A stretch of 39,136 nucleotides of DNA from a virus (IMGVR_UViG_3300037313_001206:1-39136), one strand, 5' to 3'. Positions 24,647 to 35,252 are shown, counted from the stretch's first letter. A program made the numbers and translations. Notes: a model not told the origin generated them from the sequence alone.

Positions 24647-24792
24647 TACTGCCCTGCTCTGTTCGTATTTGGTTCGTAAGTCGCTAACATCATAAGTAGA
24701 TACGTTAGCCCGATTAGCTGAATTGTAACAAACCTTACAATACTTGACAATTGGTACTTGACAAATTCATTGTTATACTGTATATTAGGCTT

Positions 24793-25320
24793 ATGATAAA
24801 AACGAAGCTACTCATTACTGGTATCAGTTCCCTGCTCGTTATTGGTGGCACCACGGCTGCCCTCACCACGCATAAACCACTACCCACCACTACCCACAAA
24901 GCGGTACAATCAGTTAAAGTGAACAATGACGACAGCGGCGACGCGCCCATCCATCCTCTCACCAGTGAATCTACCGAAACTGATCCGGTAACGGTTGACC
25001 CGATTACTAATGCCGCCCCGACCCCGCCACCAACTGACGATAACACCGCCGATCCAGCCCCGGCAGCCGATCCCGTCGAAACCCTCCACCAGACAGTCGT
25101 CAGGCAGGCCACCCAATTGGCTGCCCTCTTTGCTCCCGATAACACCGATAACTTCATCTACATGCAGTGGTACTGTCTCGGTCGGGGCATTGACAGCACC
25201 ACACCACAAAGCACCCTCGACGACCGGGCTAACTTTCTCGTCCCGACGACCGCAGCTGATGGACGGCAGGTGTACAAGTACTTCACCGGTGGCTGCCGGG
25301 TGATTGAAATGTACCGTTAA
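24793..25320 (+). CDS. Exported/membrane-anchored protein (moron-like)
   Basis: Own promoter TTGACA-17-TATATT (24759-24786) with ATG 6 nt later. Signal/TM helix, T/P/D-rich linker and two Cys. Opposes the late operon. Confidence 0.75.
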   Translation: MIKTKLLITGISSLLVIGGTTAALTTHKPLPTTTHKAVQSVKVNNDDSGDAPIHPLTSESTETDPVTVDPITNAAPTPPPTDDNTADPAPAADPVETLHQTVVRQATQLAALFAPDNTDNFIYMQWYCLGRGIDSTTPQSTLDDRANFLVPTTAADGRQVYKYFTGGCRVIEMYR

Positions 25321-25706
25321 AATGGAGCGTTAAACAGCGATACCCGTAAATTCACGAAGAATTGGCCGAGGCTGAGACTGCCACCGGTCTGATTGATGAC
25401 GTACGTTTCAACGTGTAAGTTGCTTCCCGAGTAGTACGTCAATGTTTCGACTTGGAATTGCCCGGCGTTGTACGTCAAGGTAATGGCACCGCTCGTGAAA
25501 CGCCAGACATTATCGAGTGTGTAGGCCAGTTGCAGACTCGTAATGGCGTTGGTGTTACTAATTGGAACGTCAGTCTGCCACTTACTGACGCCGCCCGCAG
25601 GCAGTGTTTGGGCATCTACACTGAAGAAGAACGGCACATTATTGTAGTTTTCCAGCCCTGCCAGGAAGCTGGCAAAACGGGTCTGGCTGAACTTAGTTAT
25701 CGGCAT
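25317..25706 (-). CDS. Putative tail structural protein
   Basis: Beta-rich protein in the tail module. Confidence 0.6.
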   Translation of the reverse strand: MPITKFSQTRFASFLAGLENYNNVPFFFSVDAQTLPAGGVSKWQTDVPISNTNAITSLQLAYTLDNVWRFTSGAITLTYNAGQFQVETLTYYSGSNLHVETYVINQTGGSLSLGQFFVNLRVSLFNAPF

Positions 25707-26454
25707 AGTAAATCCTGACGTATATTGTGCCGGTCATCGGTCCAGCGCCACTGCTGTTATCAAAGTACAGCGACAAAGTGTTATTGTCACTCCAAGCCTG
25801 GAAAATGGTGTACTGGCTGACGAAGTAGCCAAAATCATAGAGTGCCGTGTTATCGGCCGCAAACGAGAAGTTACTAATATACAGACGGTACTTCGGAACA
25901 TACCCAAGATTATGGTTGAGCGCGGCCGTCGTCGCCCCAATCGGCCAGCTAAAATTGGCGGGAGTGTCGGTAAATATCTTCTGGTAATTAAGCTGCGAGT
26001 TAAAGTTGCGTTGCTGTGCAGCTGGTTGGGGCGTGATGTTGCCCTGGCCGGGCATGGCGAACAGCACCACTTTAAACAGAAATGTCACCGGACTAGCCGT
26101 AAAAGTAATGCCATCACTGGTGCGGTTCCAGTTATCACCGGTGATAACTAGTTGACCTGGCAACGAGCGCCCATAGACCATTTGGGTTTGTAGGTTAGCG
26201 AAGCCCCCGAGCTGGATTGATCGGTTAGAGTTGAAGTCTACCCATGTGTCCCCGTTGTCGGTTGAGAAAACACCCTGAAAAAACGTCCGTTCGGGAATGT
26301 TCGTTGTCACCGTCGTACTGGCGCTTACCTTATCGGGAAAAGTTGTCGTACTGGTGGCGTTGACACTGAGGCTGCCACTAAACGTACCGAGTATTTGATC
26401 CACTGGAATGCGGCTGGCAAAAGCGATGTCTTTGACGTGATCGAGCAGGGCCAT
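25693..26454 (-). CDS. Putative tail structural protein
   Basis: Beta-rich with the HNLGYVP motif typical of fibre/tail domains. Confidence 0.65.
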   Translation of the reverse strand: MALLDHVKDIAFASRIPVDQILGTFSGSLSVNATSTTTFPDKVSASTTVTTNIPERTFFQGVFSTDNGDTWVDFNSNRSIQLGGFANLQTQMVYGRSLPGQLVITGDNWNRTSDGITFTASPVTFLFKVVLFAMPGQGNITPQPAAQQRNFNSQLNYQKIFTDTPANFSWPIGATTAALNHNLGYVPKYRLYISNFSFAADNTALYDFGYFVSQYTIFQAWSDNNTLSLYFDNSSGAGPMTGTIYVRIYYADN

Positions 26455-26456
26455 AG

Positions 26457-26741
26457 TTAATTGAATAGACTTAAGACGTTGACTCCTGGTTTGGCAATCA
26501 CGAGACCGGTTGTGCCGTCCGGGAGCACCCCAATGACAATGGTGGGAATACCGTTGGCGTCATAGTAGAGAGTACCATAACCGCCGTCGTAGGGTAGCTG
26601 GCCTTCGATAACCGCGATATTATTCCCGCTACCCTTAAAGACTTTAGTGGTCTGCTCCTTGTTGAGCTGCCGCACCATGTTGTTGACCTGGTTGTAGTTA
26701 CCGGACTGGCTGTTGTCGGAACTCAGTGGCAGTAACACCAT
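26457..26741 (-). CDS. Small tail protein following the nozzle
   Basis: 94 aa, located directly after the nozzle gene. Confidence 0.6.
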   Translation of the reverse strand: MVLLPLSSDNSQSGNYNQVNNMVRQLNKEQTTKVFKGSGNNIAVIEGQLPYDGGYGTLYYDANGIPTIVIGVLPDGTTGLVIAKPGVNVLSLFN

Positions 26742-28736
26742 TTAGCGCATCCTCCGTGATTGCAGCACGAATGAGTGGCCGTAGAACTTACACGGTTGGC
26801 GCGTCCCAGTGTGTTTGTAACGTACCGCTACGCGCTGGTATTCGCCGGGAATAGACAGTTGCGATTGGACACTGACTGTCGTGCCCCACGTGAAACTTCC
26901 CCACGTAATGCCACTGCCCCAGACCGGGCCCACACCCTGGACGTTCTGGCTGCTAAGTGTCTGCCAGTTTTCGCGCAGGTCGTAAGCGTACTGACAGTCA
27001 ATACTATAGTTACCCGACTGTGTGGCGAAGCGTGGCTCCCAGTACCGAAACTCTTTTAAGACGGCTGGGTTGTAATTGGTGAAGTACGGCCCGCGCAGCT
27101 CCCACTGTAAAGCTTCGCCGAGATTGTTGTACTCATTGGTTGCCAGTTCCTGCCAGTGAACTTGGCCGACAACCGAGCTACCAACTATGAGCTGGTCGTT
27201 GTCGCCGTAAGCCGTGAAAGCCCGCTGCACGTAGGCGCCCGTGTCCTTACTTTCTAAGCAGTAGTTAAAGTTGACGTTCCAGACGAAACAACTATCGTTG
27301 CTACCACTCGTGGCGCTAGCATACCACAGGTAGAGGCGTCCCTTGCTAATTGCCACGCAAGCTCCCGCCTTGTTGCTAATGTTCTTGACTTCCTCGTACG
27401 CGGCCGTGCTAATCAATTTCGATTCCGAGCCATTACTGCGTCGCAACCCATCGTCGGTCAGGAAGTAGACGAACTGCTCATCTTGGCAGACCGTTTCTTG
27501 GCTGTAGGTACCTTTTTGGTCGGGCGCTTCGTCAATACTAAAAGTGGCGTTGTTATCACCGGACAGGATAAAGTTGTTGTTCTTGCAGCGAATGAGCAAG
27601 TAGCCGTTGAGTGAGTTAAAGGAAACCGGTGGATCACCGGTTTTTGGCGCCCCGGCGTAAATGAAATCGGTACTCGTAAAGGTATCGTATAGACCGAAGT
27701 TAGAAAAGACGACGGCGTTGGGGTCAGGGCCGCCCCCGAGGAACATCAGGCCTTTGTGCCAGCAAATCAGGTTGTAATTCGTGGCGTTGACTTGACTCTC
27801 AGTGGTGAAATCATACTTCCGGTAACCATCATAACCGTTCACGTACCACAAGACATCGTTTGCGAAGGCAAATCGGTAATGCGTAGCGGCAGCGTTCAAT
27901 CCCGTCTTAATGGTATTAAGAGCACCCGTTGCCTCATTAATGCTATAGAGCGTCGTCCCGACTGCAAAGAAAGTGTACTTAGTACCGTCATTCTTGTAGA
28001 CGCGTACCAAACCGAGTACCCCTGTTAGCGTACTGTAGTACTGTTTGAAGTTCAGCGCATAGTTTTGGGCCACCCACGTGGCGCCACTGTCAGTTGACAG
28101 CTTGGCGCTGCTGAAAGCAGTCGTAGAAGCCCAGGAATAGCTATTGGTACCCGTCGGCTGAACGTACAACACTATCCAGTAACTGGTACTGACTTGCAGC
28201 AGTGGGGCAGAAGCAAATAGAAATGTCACGTAATTATTACTACTGGTGATGTTGATACTGTTGGTAGATGTCGAAGCGATTAACGTACCCGGCGCGCCAG
28301 CAGCGTCACTGTACAAGTTGACGAGCACGACCCCAGTAGCGTTACTGCTGGGGTTCTTCATGTTGATATCGAGCCGGGTCAGTTGGCCGCCCGCTGTAGT
28401 AGTGAACTTCTGGGCGAGGCGTGTGGTGGTCGAGAAACTGATATCAGCTGCCCCGGTCGTGCTGCTGATACCCTGGTCTTGCGTCTCACCGGCGGCTTGT
28501 GAGTAAAAGTCAAACCCTTTGCGGGTGTCATACTCGCCAATCGTGGTTATGCGGGCGTCTTGGGCGAGTCGCCACTTGTTTGGCCCCATCAGCCGACGCG
28601 TCTGACCAGTCATGACGGGGAACTTGTCGTTACTTGTGTAACTGTCCATTCCATCTGAGTAATCATTCATGTCGTACGCGGCTTGCTGGCTGGCGACGGT
28701 TGGGATTGGGCGTCGGGTACGGTTAGCCCACGGCAT
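26742..28736 (-). CDS. Tail nozzle / head-closure protein (P22 gp10 / T7 gp12-like beta-propeller) with inserted domain
   Basis: 664 aa beta-rich protein following the adaptor. Insert AQKFTT...YSDAAGAPGTLIAS...YWIVL. Confidence 0.7.
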   Translation of the reverse strand: MPWANRTRRPIPTVASQQAAYDMNDYSDGMDSYTSNDKFPVMTGQTRRLMGPNKWRLAQDARITTIGEYDTRKGFDFYSQAAGETQDQGISSTTGAADISFSTTTRLAQKFTTTAGGQLTRLDINMKNPSSNATGVVLVNLYSDAAGAPGTLIASTSTNSINITSSNNYVTFLFASAPLLQVSTSYWIVLYVQPTGTNSYSWASTTAFSSAKLSTDSGATWVAQNYALNFKQYYSTLTGVLGLVRVYKNDGTKYTFFAVGTTLYSINEATGALNTIKTGLNAAATHYRFAFANDVLWYVNGYDGYRKYDFTTESQVNATNYNLICWHKGLMFLGGGPDPNAVVFSNFGLYDTFTSTDFIYAGAPKTGDPPVSFNSLNGYLLIRCKNNNFILSGDNNATFSIDEAPDQKGTYSQETVCQDEQFVYFLTDDGLRRSNGSESKLISTAAYEEVKNISNKAGACVAISKGRLYLWYASATSGSNDSCFVWNVNFNYCLESKDTGAYVQRAFTAYGDNDQLIVGSSVVGQVHWQELATNEYNNLGEALQWELRGPYFTNYNPAVLKEFRYWEPRFATQSGNYSIDCQYAYDLRENWQTLSSQNVQGVGPVWGSGITWGSFTWGTTVSVQSQLSIPGEYQRVAVRYKHTGTRQPCKFYGHSFVLQSRRMR

Positions 28737-29411
28737 TTAGAAGTTCCTCTTGGCGATGGAGTAGCGGTTAATACGGGCGGTTTGCGAAGAGCCGACCTGG
28801 TTAACTGAACGCTGGTTGACAAGCTTCTGGAGTATTTCGTCGTACTTGTTTTGCAAAATACCGGCTTGGTCGTAGTTATCTTTAACCTGAAGCACCCGGT
28901 AAGCCGCACCTAGCACGAGTACCTCTTTGAACGCTGCCGGAATAATGGGAACGTCACCGTCGGCTGCTAAGTCAGTGGGTGACAAATAGTAGCGAAAACG
29001 GAGTGTCTTACTAGTCGTCGGTACGGGGAATAACTGCGGTACGCCAGCGTACATGTACCAGTAGGTAGGGTTGTTAGCGGTCAGCGGGATGGAGTCAGTC
29101 GGGTTGCCATATATCTGGTCAAGGCTGACGATATCCTTGTAGGGGATGAAGGTGTAGCCGCTAGCGGTAATATCTACCATGTCGATGCCAACCTGGAAGT
29201 TAGTCGGTAATCCGGTGCCGTTGGTAATGTCAGCCACATTAGCGACTGTCGTGTAGTCGTGGTACGTTTCCATGAACTTTAACCGGTACTCATTACAGAC
29301 GTCATTCTGGGTGTCGTTCAGGTACTGGGTAATTTCGGTGCCATCGTAATTAGGATCACGAACACGTTTACGGACTAGATCAACGAGGGTTGAAAGTTGG
29401 TAAGTAGCCAT
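28737..29411 (-). CDS. Head-to-tail adaptor
   Basis: LVDLVRKRVRD...ITQYLND...LFPVP...DVPIIPAAFKEVLVLGAAY. Confidence 0.8.
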   Translation of the reverse strand: MATYQLSTLVDLVRKRVRDPNYDGTEITQYLNDTQNDVCNEYRLKFMETYHDYTTVANVADITNGTGLPTNFQVGIDMVDITASGYTFIPYKDIVSLDQIYGNPTDSIPLTANNPTYWYMYAGVPQLFPVPTTSKTLRFRYYLSPTDLAADGDVPIIPAAFKEVLVLGAAYRVLQVKDNYDQAGILQNKYDEILQKLVNQRSVNQVGSSQTARINRYSIAKRNF

Positions 29412-29444
29412 TTGTGGTTATTGTAGCACGCTTATACTAGAGCG

Positions 29445-30149
29445 TTAACTCCCGACTCCCAGGAATAACAGATTATGTGCCGTTACGCCACCTCCTCCAC
29501 CACTCGCTGGATACACCGCGATACTAGCTGCCGTCCAAAAGCGGTTACTCCCTCCGGCGGCAAACGCACCGGGGTCTTCGGTTGTGGCGGCCGACAGTTG
29601 TTTGGTAGCGGTAGCTATTGAGACGGCTGAACCGCCCGATGAAGCACCGTTGTTCACAAAGCCGGAGTAGCCGGTCGGCCCTGCCGTAAATGCAGCGGCT
29701 GAAACAGCCGCGTGTCCAGCAACGGCAATAATCAAATAATCATTCGAACCGCCAGTCGGAGTAATGCTTGGCGGGTCGGCGGATGTAGCATCGCCAGACG
29801 TACTGGTAACTTCAGATGCGGTTGAGGCATGTGCGCCGGTGACTCTGATGACAGCCCAAATAGCGGTTGTACCGGTCGAAGCAACCCACGTCTTAGTCGT
29901 GCCACCTTCGGTGCCATCAGCAATCTTTTCGAAATACGTGGTTTGACCAACCGAGCCACCACCGCCCAACTGTTGCTTGAGCTGTGTGAAGCCAGTGGGA
30001 ATCGTTGACCACGTGCCGGAGTTACGAACCGACACCACGGCGATGAGCCGGTCACCACTGTTGACAGTGGCAGGCATGCTTACCGCCATAGAAGTGACGG
30101 AAGAGCTAAACGCGGTGGCAACCGGTGTACCTGGAGATGGAGCAGCCAT
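29445..30149 (-). CDS. Virion fibre/decoration protein (beta-sandwich)
   Basis: S/T/G/A-rich with repeated GDRLIAVV / DYLIIAVA strands. Confidence 0.6.
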   Translation of the reverse strand: MAAPSPGTPVATAFSSSVTSMAVSMPATVNSGDRLIAVVSVRNSGTWSTIPTGFTQLKQQLGGGGSVGQTTYFEKIADGTEGGTTKTWVASTGTTAIWAVIRVTGAHASTASEVTSTSGDATSADPPSITPTGGSNDYLIIAVAGHAAVSAAAFTAGPTGYSGFVNNGASSGGSAVSIATATKQLSAATTEDPGAFAAGGSNRFWTAASIAVYPASGGGGGVTAHNLLFLGVGS

Positions 30150-31315
30150 TACTTGTAGAAGAAGTTAACGTCACAGGTCGCACCCGTTGAACCGGTGCGA
30201 GTGGTGGTACAGGCGAAGCTAATGGCTGTTCCAAAGGCAATACCCTTATCGAAGTTCACCGTTACACCGCCAGAAGCCGGAATACCAATCGATATAGTTG
30301 GCGTGGTGGTGCCAAGCGTGACACTACCGGCAGCGACATTGAAGATTTGCACGTAAGCGACGGCTGCGGTGGTGTTAAACAAATGGTAGCCGTACAGCTG
30401 TCCGGCTGATGCCTTAATGGCAGTTGCCGTGCCGCCCACTGAGCCCGTAACAATAGACAGACCACCCGAGGTCACTGGCGTATCGACTACCGCGTTAGTT
30501 GTGCCTGGAGTCGTCTGGTCGATTCCCACCTTACCGATAAGGTTGGTACCGGCAGGCGTTGCTACGGTGTTTTTGACGTTGACCCAGACCCCATTGGTGG
30601 TATCACCCATCATACGGTCGTAGGTACTACCGTTGTACACGGAGTTGCGGCTAATAACACGCATCTTATCGGCCGTCGCACTAGTGGCGATGCCGTCGGC
30701 GTTATCGGCGCCGTAACTAGCGGTGTTGGCGCCGTTATAGATCATGACGCCCAAGTTACCCCGCGGGTCAACCTGGAGGTCGGCCCGCTGACCGTCCGTG
30801 AAGGTTGGTCGGGTAGCGTTGTACTTAGCGCCCACTTTCACTGGGTTCCCCGCGTCCGTCGCGGCTGATGCTACATTGCCCTGAGCCTGGAGGTTGCCGC
30901 CGGTGAGGGTCGCATCGAGCGCTAAACCGTTTGTTGTGCCAACGTTGGCCGTCACCGTGCCAGATACAGTCTGCGTGCCAGATGGAACAATTGTTACCTG
31001 GTCACTTGAAGTTAACGGACGTACGTCGAGCTGACCACTGGTGTTCGTCTTAATGGCACGGGCATTTGTGCCATCTGAGCCACCTACCTGTACCAACTTG
31101 GAAGGTACGGCGCTGGCAGCTGTGCCAACCACGTTTGGAATGTTGGTCGTGTTCGTAGCGACGCTAGCGAGATTGCCGCCCGTTTCTTGGGCGTAGTTGG
31201 TAATGTTGCCCGAGGCGATAGCTACGTTCAAGTTGCCTTGGTCACTGGCAATTACTACCGGCGCACTGTTCGCCTTGGTTGCTTGGCCGTTCGGGTTTGG
31301 TGGGATGTAACTCAT
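30149..31315 (-). CDS. Virion fibre protein
   Basis: GQATKANSAPVVIASDQ, SGTVTAN and GTNLIGKV repeats typical of fibres, with a C-terminal beta domain. Confidence 0.65.
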   Translation of the reverse strand: MSYIPPNPNGQATKANSAPVVIASDQGNLNVAIASGNITNYAQETGGNLASVATNTTNIPNVVGTAASAVPSKLVQVGGSDGTNARAIKTNTSGQLDVRPLTSSDQVTIVPSGTQTVSGTVTANVGTTNGLALDATLTGGNLQAQGNVASAATDAGNPVKVGAKYNATRPTFTDGQRADLQVDPRGNLGVMIYNGANTASYGADNADGIATSATADKMRVISRNSVYNGSTYDRMMGDTTNGVWVNVKNTVATPAGTNLIGKVGIDQTTPGTTNAVVDTPVTSGGLSIVTGSVGGTATAIKASAGQLYGYHLFNTTAAVAYVQIFNVAAGSVTLGTTTPTISIGIPASGGVTVNFDKGIAFGTAISFACTTTRTGSTGATCDVNFFYK

Positions 31316-31324
31316 ATTTTTGTC

Positions 31325-31960
31325 CTATATTACGTGCCAGTTGCTACCGTCAGATATAAAATTCAAGCTCATGTTGGCTATGGTGATACTGGCACTACTA
31401 CTACCGTTGATTGTTTGGGCAGCCGTCGTAGCAACGGTAAGGTTGCTGCCGTCGGTGTTGGTAATGGTGTATAAGTTGCTATTGCCAACCGCCGTCGGCA
31501 ACGTCACCGTGATACCACTTGACGCAAGGTAGACATAATCAGTGGTCGCGCTGCTGCCAGCGGTAGTATTGGTCGCAACGATAGATACGGTACGGGTAAT
31601 ACCTGAACCGCTCCCAGTGACAGTGGCCCAACTGCCATCACCCCGTAGGTAGGTACTGCTACTTGGGGTGCCACTTGCCGATATTTTGGCGACCGTCACG
31701 GTGGCGGCGTCAATTGTCCAGACGCTACCACCGCTCGAAACCGTGATGTCGCCCTTATCACCGTCGGTGATGCCGCCGCTGCCTGCGGCACTGATAACTA
31801 GTGGACTGATATTCGTGCCCTGACCGGTAATGGTAACGTTTGCTCCAGCGGTAATCAATCCGGTGACGTCACGTTGCACGTAACCATTCGACGACTTCAC
31901 CACTACCGGCGCGACCACGCTTATACCGGTTGGTGATAATGGGTCAAGCTGTAAGCGCAT
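31325..31960 (-). CDS. Virion fibre protein
   Basis: DGDKGDITVS, TYLRGDGSW, TVTLPTA...SDGSNW motifs. Confidence 0.7.
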   Translation of the reverse strand: MRLQLDPLSPTGISVVAPVVVKSSNGYVQRDVTGLITAGANVTITGQGTNISPLVISAAGSGGITDGDKGDITVSSGGSVWTIDAATVTVAKISASGTPSSSTYLRGDGSWATVTGSGSGITRTVSIVATNTTAGSSATTDYVYLASSGITVTLPTAVGNSNLYTITNTDGSNLTVATTAAQTINGSSSASITIANMSLNFISDGSNWHVI

Positions 31961-32720
31961 GGGCAGCCTCGCTTAAGTAAGTGTAGCGGTAGCTGGCAGC
32001 CTTTGTGAACGCCGTCGCGTAGCCTTCTTGCCCGAACACGTAACGCATCTGGCCGCTTTTGACGTCATTTTCGAGGATGTACCATTGCCCGTTAGGGTGT
32101 TCAAAGCCAACGTACTGGACGTCGCCGCTTTCTTTGATATCCTGGGGCCGAAAACACGATAAGTCGAGGGCTTCTTCCTGATCTTCCTCGCTAAAATAGT
32201 CCTGCAAAGTCTGCTGAAGTGGCTTAAGGTTAACTTGGGGAGCCTGCACGGTCACGTGGGGAGCCGGTACATTGACCACGGGCGCTACTTTGATGGCTTT
32301 TACAGCGTCCAGAAGCGCCACCGTCGCCTTACTGTCGCTGGCGCTATCTTCGCGGACGGCTTTCGTGTAGTCATCAAGGGCTGTTTTCAGTTGTTCGAGG
32401 ACTTTGACTTCCTGACCGTCGCTGCGTAAGTCTTGCAGGCCGTTGTGGATGGCGTCACTAATGGTAAGGCCGAGCTGTTCAATTTCCGTCGCCGCATTGA
32501 GGTTCGTCTGCACCACCACGGGTTCAGATTTTGGTTTGTTAAGGTAGTTATCGAGACCTTGACGGCGTAGTTCCTCTAGCAGTGACTGAATATCTTGGGG
32601 CGTCGTCAGCCCTTTAGTTGAACTACTAATAGCTGCCAGACTCTCTTGGTGCATGGAAGTAGACGCCTGCTTATCTCGGGCGGCTTGTCGTTGGGCGGCT
32701 ACGTCGTCATGCCAGGCCAT
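31944..32720 (-). CDS. Hypothetical structural-module protein
   Basis: 258 aa with a PVVNVPAP segment. ATG 8 nt after TGGTATACT. Confidence 0.65.
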   Translation of the reverse strand: MAWHDDVAAQRQAARDKQASTSMHQESLAAISSSTKGLTTPQDIQSLLEELRRQGLDNYLNKPKSEPVVVQTNLNAATEIEQLGLTISDAIHNGLQDLRSDGQEVKVLEQLKTALDDYTKAVREDSASDSKATVALLDAVKAIKVAPVVNVPAPHVTVQAPQVNLKPLQQTLQDYFSEEDQEEALDLSCFRPQDIKESGDVQYVGFEHPNGQWYILENDVKSGQMRYVFGQEGYATAFTKAASYRYTYLSEAAHALTA

Positions 32721-32741
32721 TTAGGCGCAGTATACCATATA

Positions 32742-33296
32742 TCAAGCGTTTCTCAGCAGCGTTTCCATATCCCAACTGCCCTTCCACTTAATAAAGTAGT
32801 CATTTTCCAGCACCATGTTCGTCCGGCCGTGTTTTTCGGTGAACCTATTACCATCAGCTAAGGGTTGCAGTTCCACGTACTCGCCCAGTTCCATGTACTG
32901 GCGGCACCACTGACCTTCACCTAATAGAACGTCATCAATTTTATTACGGACGGTTGGAAAAGTTAGCTTATCGACCTGCTGCCGCCGGAATTTGCCGAAA
33001 AACATCAGGAATCGTTCGCCGAGCATTACCGACTGTCCGGCGTAGTCTTTAAAGAGGATGTCCCACACGGCATTGTCCTTGATTACCATTGATTCGTTCA
33101 AGAACACAATCTCGTCGTAATCGAGTCGCTGGCAGGTCTGCTGAATGGCACCCATGCACCACTCACTACCGGTGTGGTTAGTAATTACTACTGGGTATTC
33201 GGTGTTAATCGATTGCAGCAGGGGAATCAGCCACTTTGCGTCACCCTCACGATGGTGGATGATACAAATGAACTGCCTTAACTTACGTTGTTTCAT
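32742..33296 (-). CDS. Possible divergent glycosyltransferase (GT-A-like)
   Basis: Last gene of the sugar cassette. YDEIVFLNES resembles the GT-A DxD strand. Confidence 0.45.
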   Translation of the reverse strand: MKQRKLRQFICIIHHREGDAKWLIPLLQSINTEYPVVITNHTGSEWCMGAIQQTCQRLDYDEIVFLNESMVIKDNAVWDILFKDYAGQSVMLGERFLMFFGKFRRQQVDKLTFPTVRNKIDDVLLGEGQWCRQYMELGEYVELQPLADGNRFTEKHGRTNMVLENDYFIKWKGSWDMETLLRNA

Positions 33297-34251
33297 GGTG
33301 CATCGTGTCGGTTTCGTGCGGCTGCGTCCATGTCCTGCCACAGTTATCGATATACCAGTCAATGGTGAGAGTCATCCCCTCTTTTAGAGGTATCAGTTCG
33401 TCTGGATGCATCCCAATAGCCCGTAAACTCTGGTTGTCGGCCGTCACCTTGTCACCGGCTTTTTCACCGGGGCGCATGGGCAAGCTAACGATATCGACCG
33501 GAGTATAGCCTTTGGCAGCGACAAGTTCGTTAACCAGGTCGGCGACCTGCCGAATCGTGTGGTGCTCAGTGGGGCCGACCTCTACCGCGTAATCGAGTAC
33601 TTCACCACGTTCAGCGCTTTCTAACGCGTTGACGAGTGCCCGAGCGACGTCACCGACGTACACCATGTCGGAGACCTGTGTGCCACCCCCGTACAGTTCC
33701 ATCGGCATACCAGATAAGGCCCGGCAAACCAGACTCGGGGTAATCTTACGGACTTTGCCGTGCGCAAACGGAGCGACGGCTAACTGACGTTCACCGTAAG
33801 CATTGACAGCCCGGACAATGTTGACCCGCGTGCCTCGATCCTTGTTGTACATGTGTGTGAAGCGCTCGATCATGTTTTTTGTAATCGAGTAGGGATTATT
33901 CATCCACCAATTTCCTACAGCGATGTAGACACCTGGTAAGTTATACTGACTGACGGCTTCCAGGAAATTGAGGCCGCCTTCTAAGTTACTGCGGGCTGCG
34001 GGTCGGGGGTTGGCAATCGTTTCCTGGGTGCCTAAGACAGCAGCCAAGTGGATGATACCATCGACGTGGGCTGCCAGTTCAGCCATGGCGACTTCATCAC
34101 GGACGTCACCGAGGAACATTTCGACGTCAGGCCGGTGTAGTTCGTGTTCGTGGTGGTCAAAGACGACCGGGTAGTAACCTCGGGCGATTAGTTCATCAAT
34201 AACGTGACTGCCAATAAACCCGGCCCCACCGGTAATGCCCACTTTTTTCAC
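33283..34251 (-). CDS. NAD-dependent epimerase/dehydratase (extended SDR)
   Basis: ITGGAGFIG, IHLAA, YSITK, NAYG, DMVYVGDVA. Confidence 0.92.
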   Translation of the reverse strand: MKKVGITGGAGFIGSHVIDELIARGYYPVVFDHHEHELHRPDVEMFLGDVRDEVAMAELAAHVDGIIHLAAVLGTQETIANPRPAARSNLEGGLNFLEAVSQYNLPGVYIAVGNWWMNNPYSITKNMIERFTHMYNKDRGTRVNIVRAVNAYGERQLAVAPFAHGKVRKITPSLVCRALSGMPMELYGGGTQVSDMVYVGDVARALVNALESAERGEVLDYAVEVGPTEHHTIRQVADLVNELVAAKGYTPVDIVSLPMRPGEKAGDKVTADNQSLRAIGMHPDELIPLKEGMTLTIDWYIDNCGRTWTQPHETDTMHHETT

Positions 34252-35252
34252 TGTAAATACTCCTTATTGTTTAGTGTCCACTCGACGGTACGTTGGAGTG
34301 ATTCCTCCAAACTGAACGGTGCTTTCCAGCCTAATGCCGCTAACTTCGACCCATCTAAGGCGTAACGTAGGTCATGCCCGGGCCGCGAGCTGTGAAAATC
34401 AGCCAATTCATACTTCAGCGGTTTGCCCATGTACTGGGCGACTAGCTGGGCCATTTGAAGATTGTCAATCTCCCGTTCGCCGACGATGTGGAACTTATCG
34501 GGTTTATCGCTGTCCCCGTAGCGAACCGGCTCGACGTGGGTGAGTAGGTACAGCAGTGCGTCGGCTTGGTTCCGGGCGTGTAAGTAGAAACGGGAGCCAA
34601 TTTCGCCCGTTTTGGAGGCGTGGATGGTTATTGGTTCGCCCTTGGCTACCTTTTGCATGACCATCGGGACGAACTTCTCAGCGTCCTGCAACTCACCGAT
34701 GATGTTCATGGTGTTAGTGATAATCAGGGGAATACCGTATGTACGCCAGTACGCAAAACAGATAGATTCCTGGGCAGCTTTGGAGGCTGAGTAAGGATTA
34801 CTCGGCAGGTATGTCTCCCATTCAACATGGTTGTGACCCTTCGGAGCCGGGCCATACACTTCATCGGTGCTGACCTGGAGAAACTTACTTACTGGGTACT
34901 CGCGGGCGTACTCCAGGAGTGTCAACATGAGCTGGACGTTGTTCTCAATAAAATCGCGTGGTTCGGCAATCGAGCGGTCAACATGGCTTTCGCTTGCCAT
35001 GCTAATGATGTAGTCCAAGCGCCCTATTTTGCGGGCCAGGATAGACGAAATTGGCACCCTGAGGTCGTGAACAAAGACGTGTACGCGGCTTTTGTCCTGT
35101 CCGTCTAATTGGGTGGCAACTCGGTCGGTTGTCCCCTTGTGCCGGAAACTGTCCAAAACGACAATTTCCCAGTCAGTATTTACCAGTAAGTGGCGCAAGG
35201 TGTGGGAACCCACAAAACCACCGGCTCCCGTCAATAACACTCGTTTTGGCAT
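34248..35252 (-). CDS. rfbB: dTDP-glucose 4,6-dehydratase (RmlB/RfbB-like)
   Basis: TGAGGFVG, ASESHVDRSI, STDEVYG, PSNPYSASKAA, RPGHDLRYA. Confidence 0.9.
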   Translation of the reverse strand: MPKRVLLTGAGGFVGSHTLRHLLVNTDWEIVVLDSFRHKGTTDRVATQLDGQDKSRVHVFVHDLRVPISSILARKIGRLDYIISMASESHVDRSIAEPRDFIENNVQLMLTLLEYAREYPVSKFLQVSTDEVYGPAPKGHNHVEWETYLPSNPYSASKAAQESICFAYWRTYGIPLIITNTMNIIGELQDAEKFVPMVMQKVAKGEPITIHASKTGEIGSRFYLHARNQADALLYLLTHVEPVRYGDSDKPDKFHIVGEREIDNLQMAQLVAQYMGKPLKYELADFHSSRPGHDLRYALDGSKLAALGWKAPFSLEESLQRTVEWTLNNKEYLQ

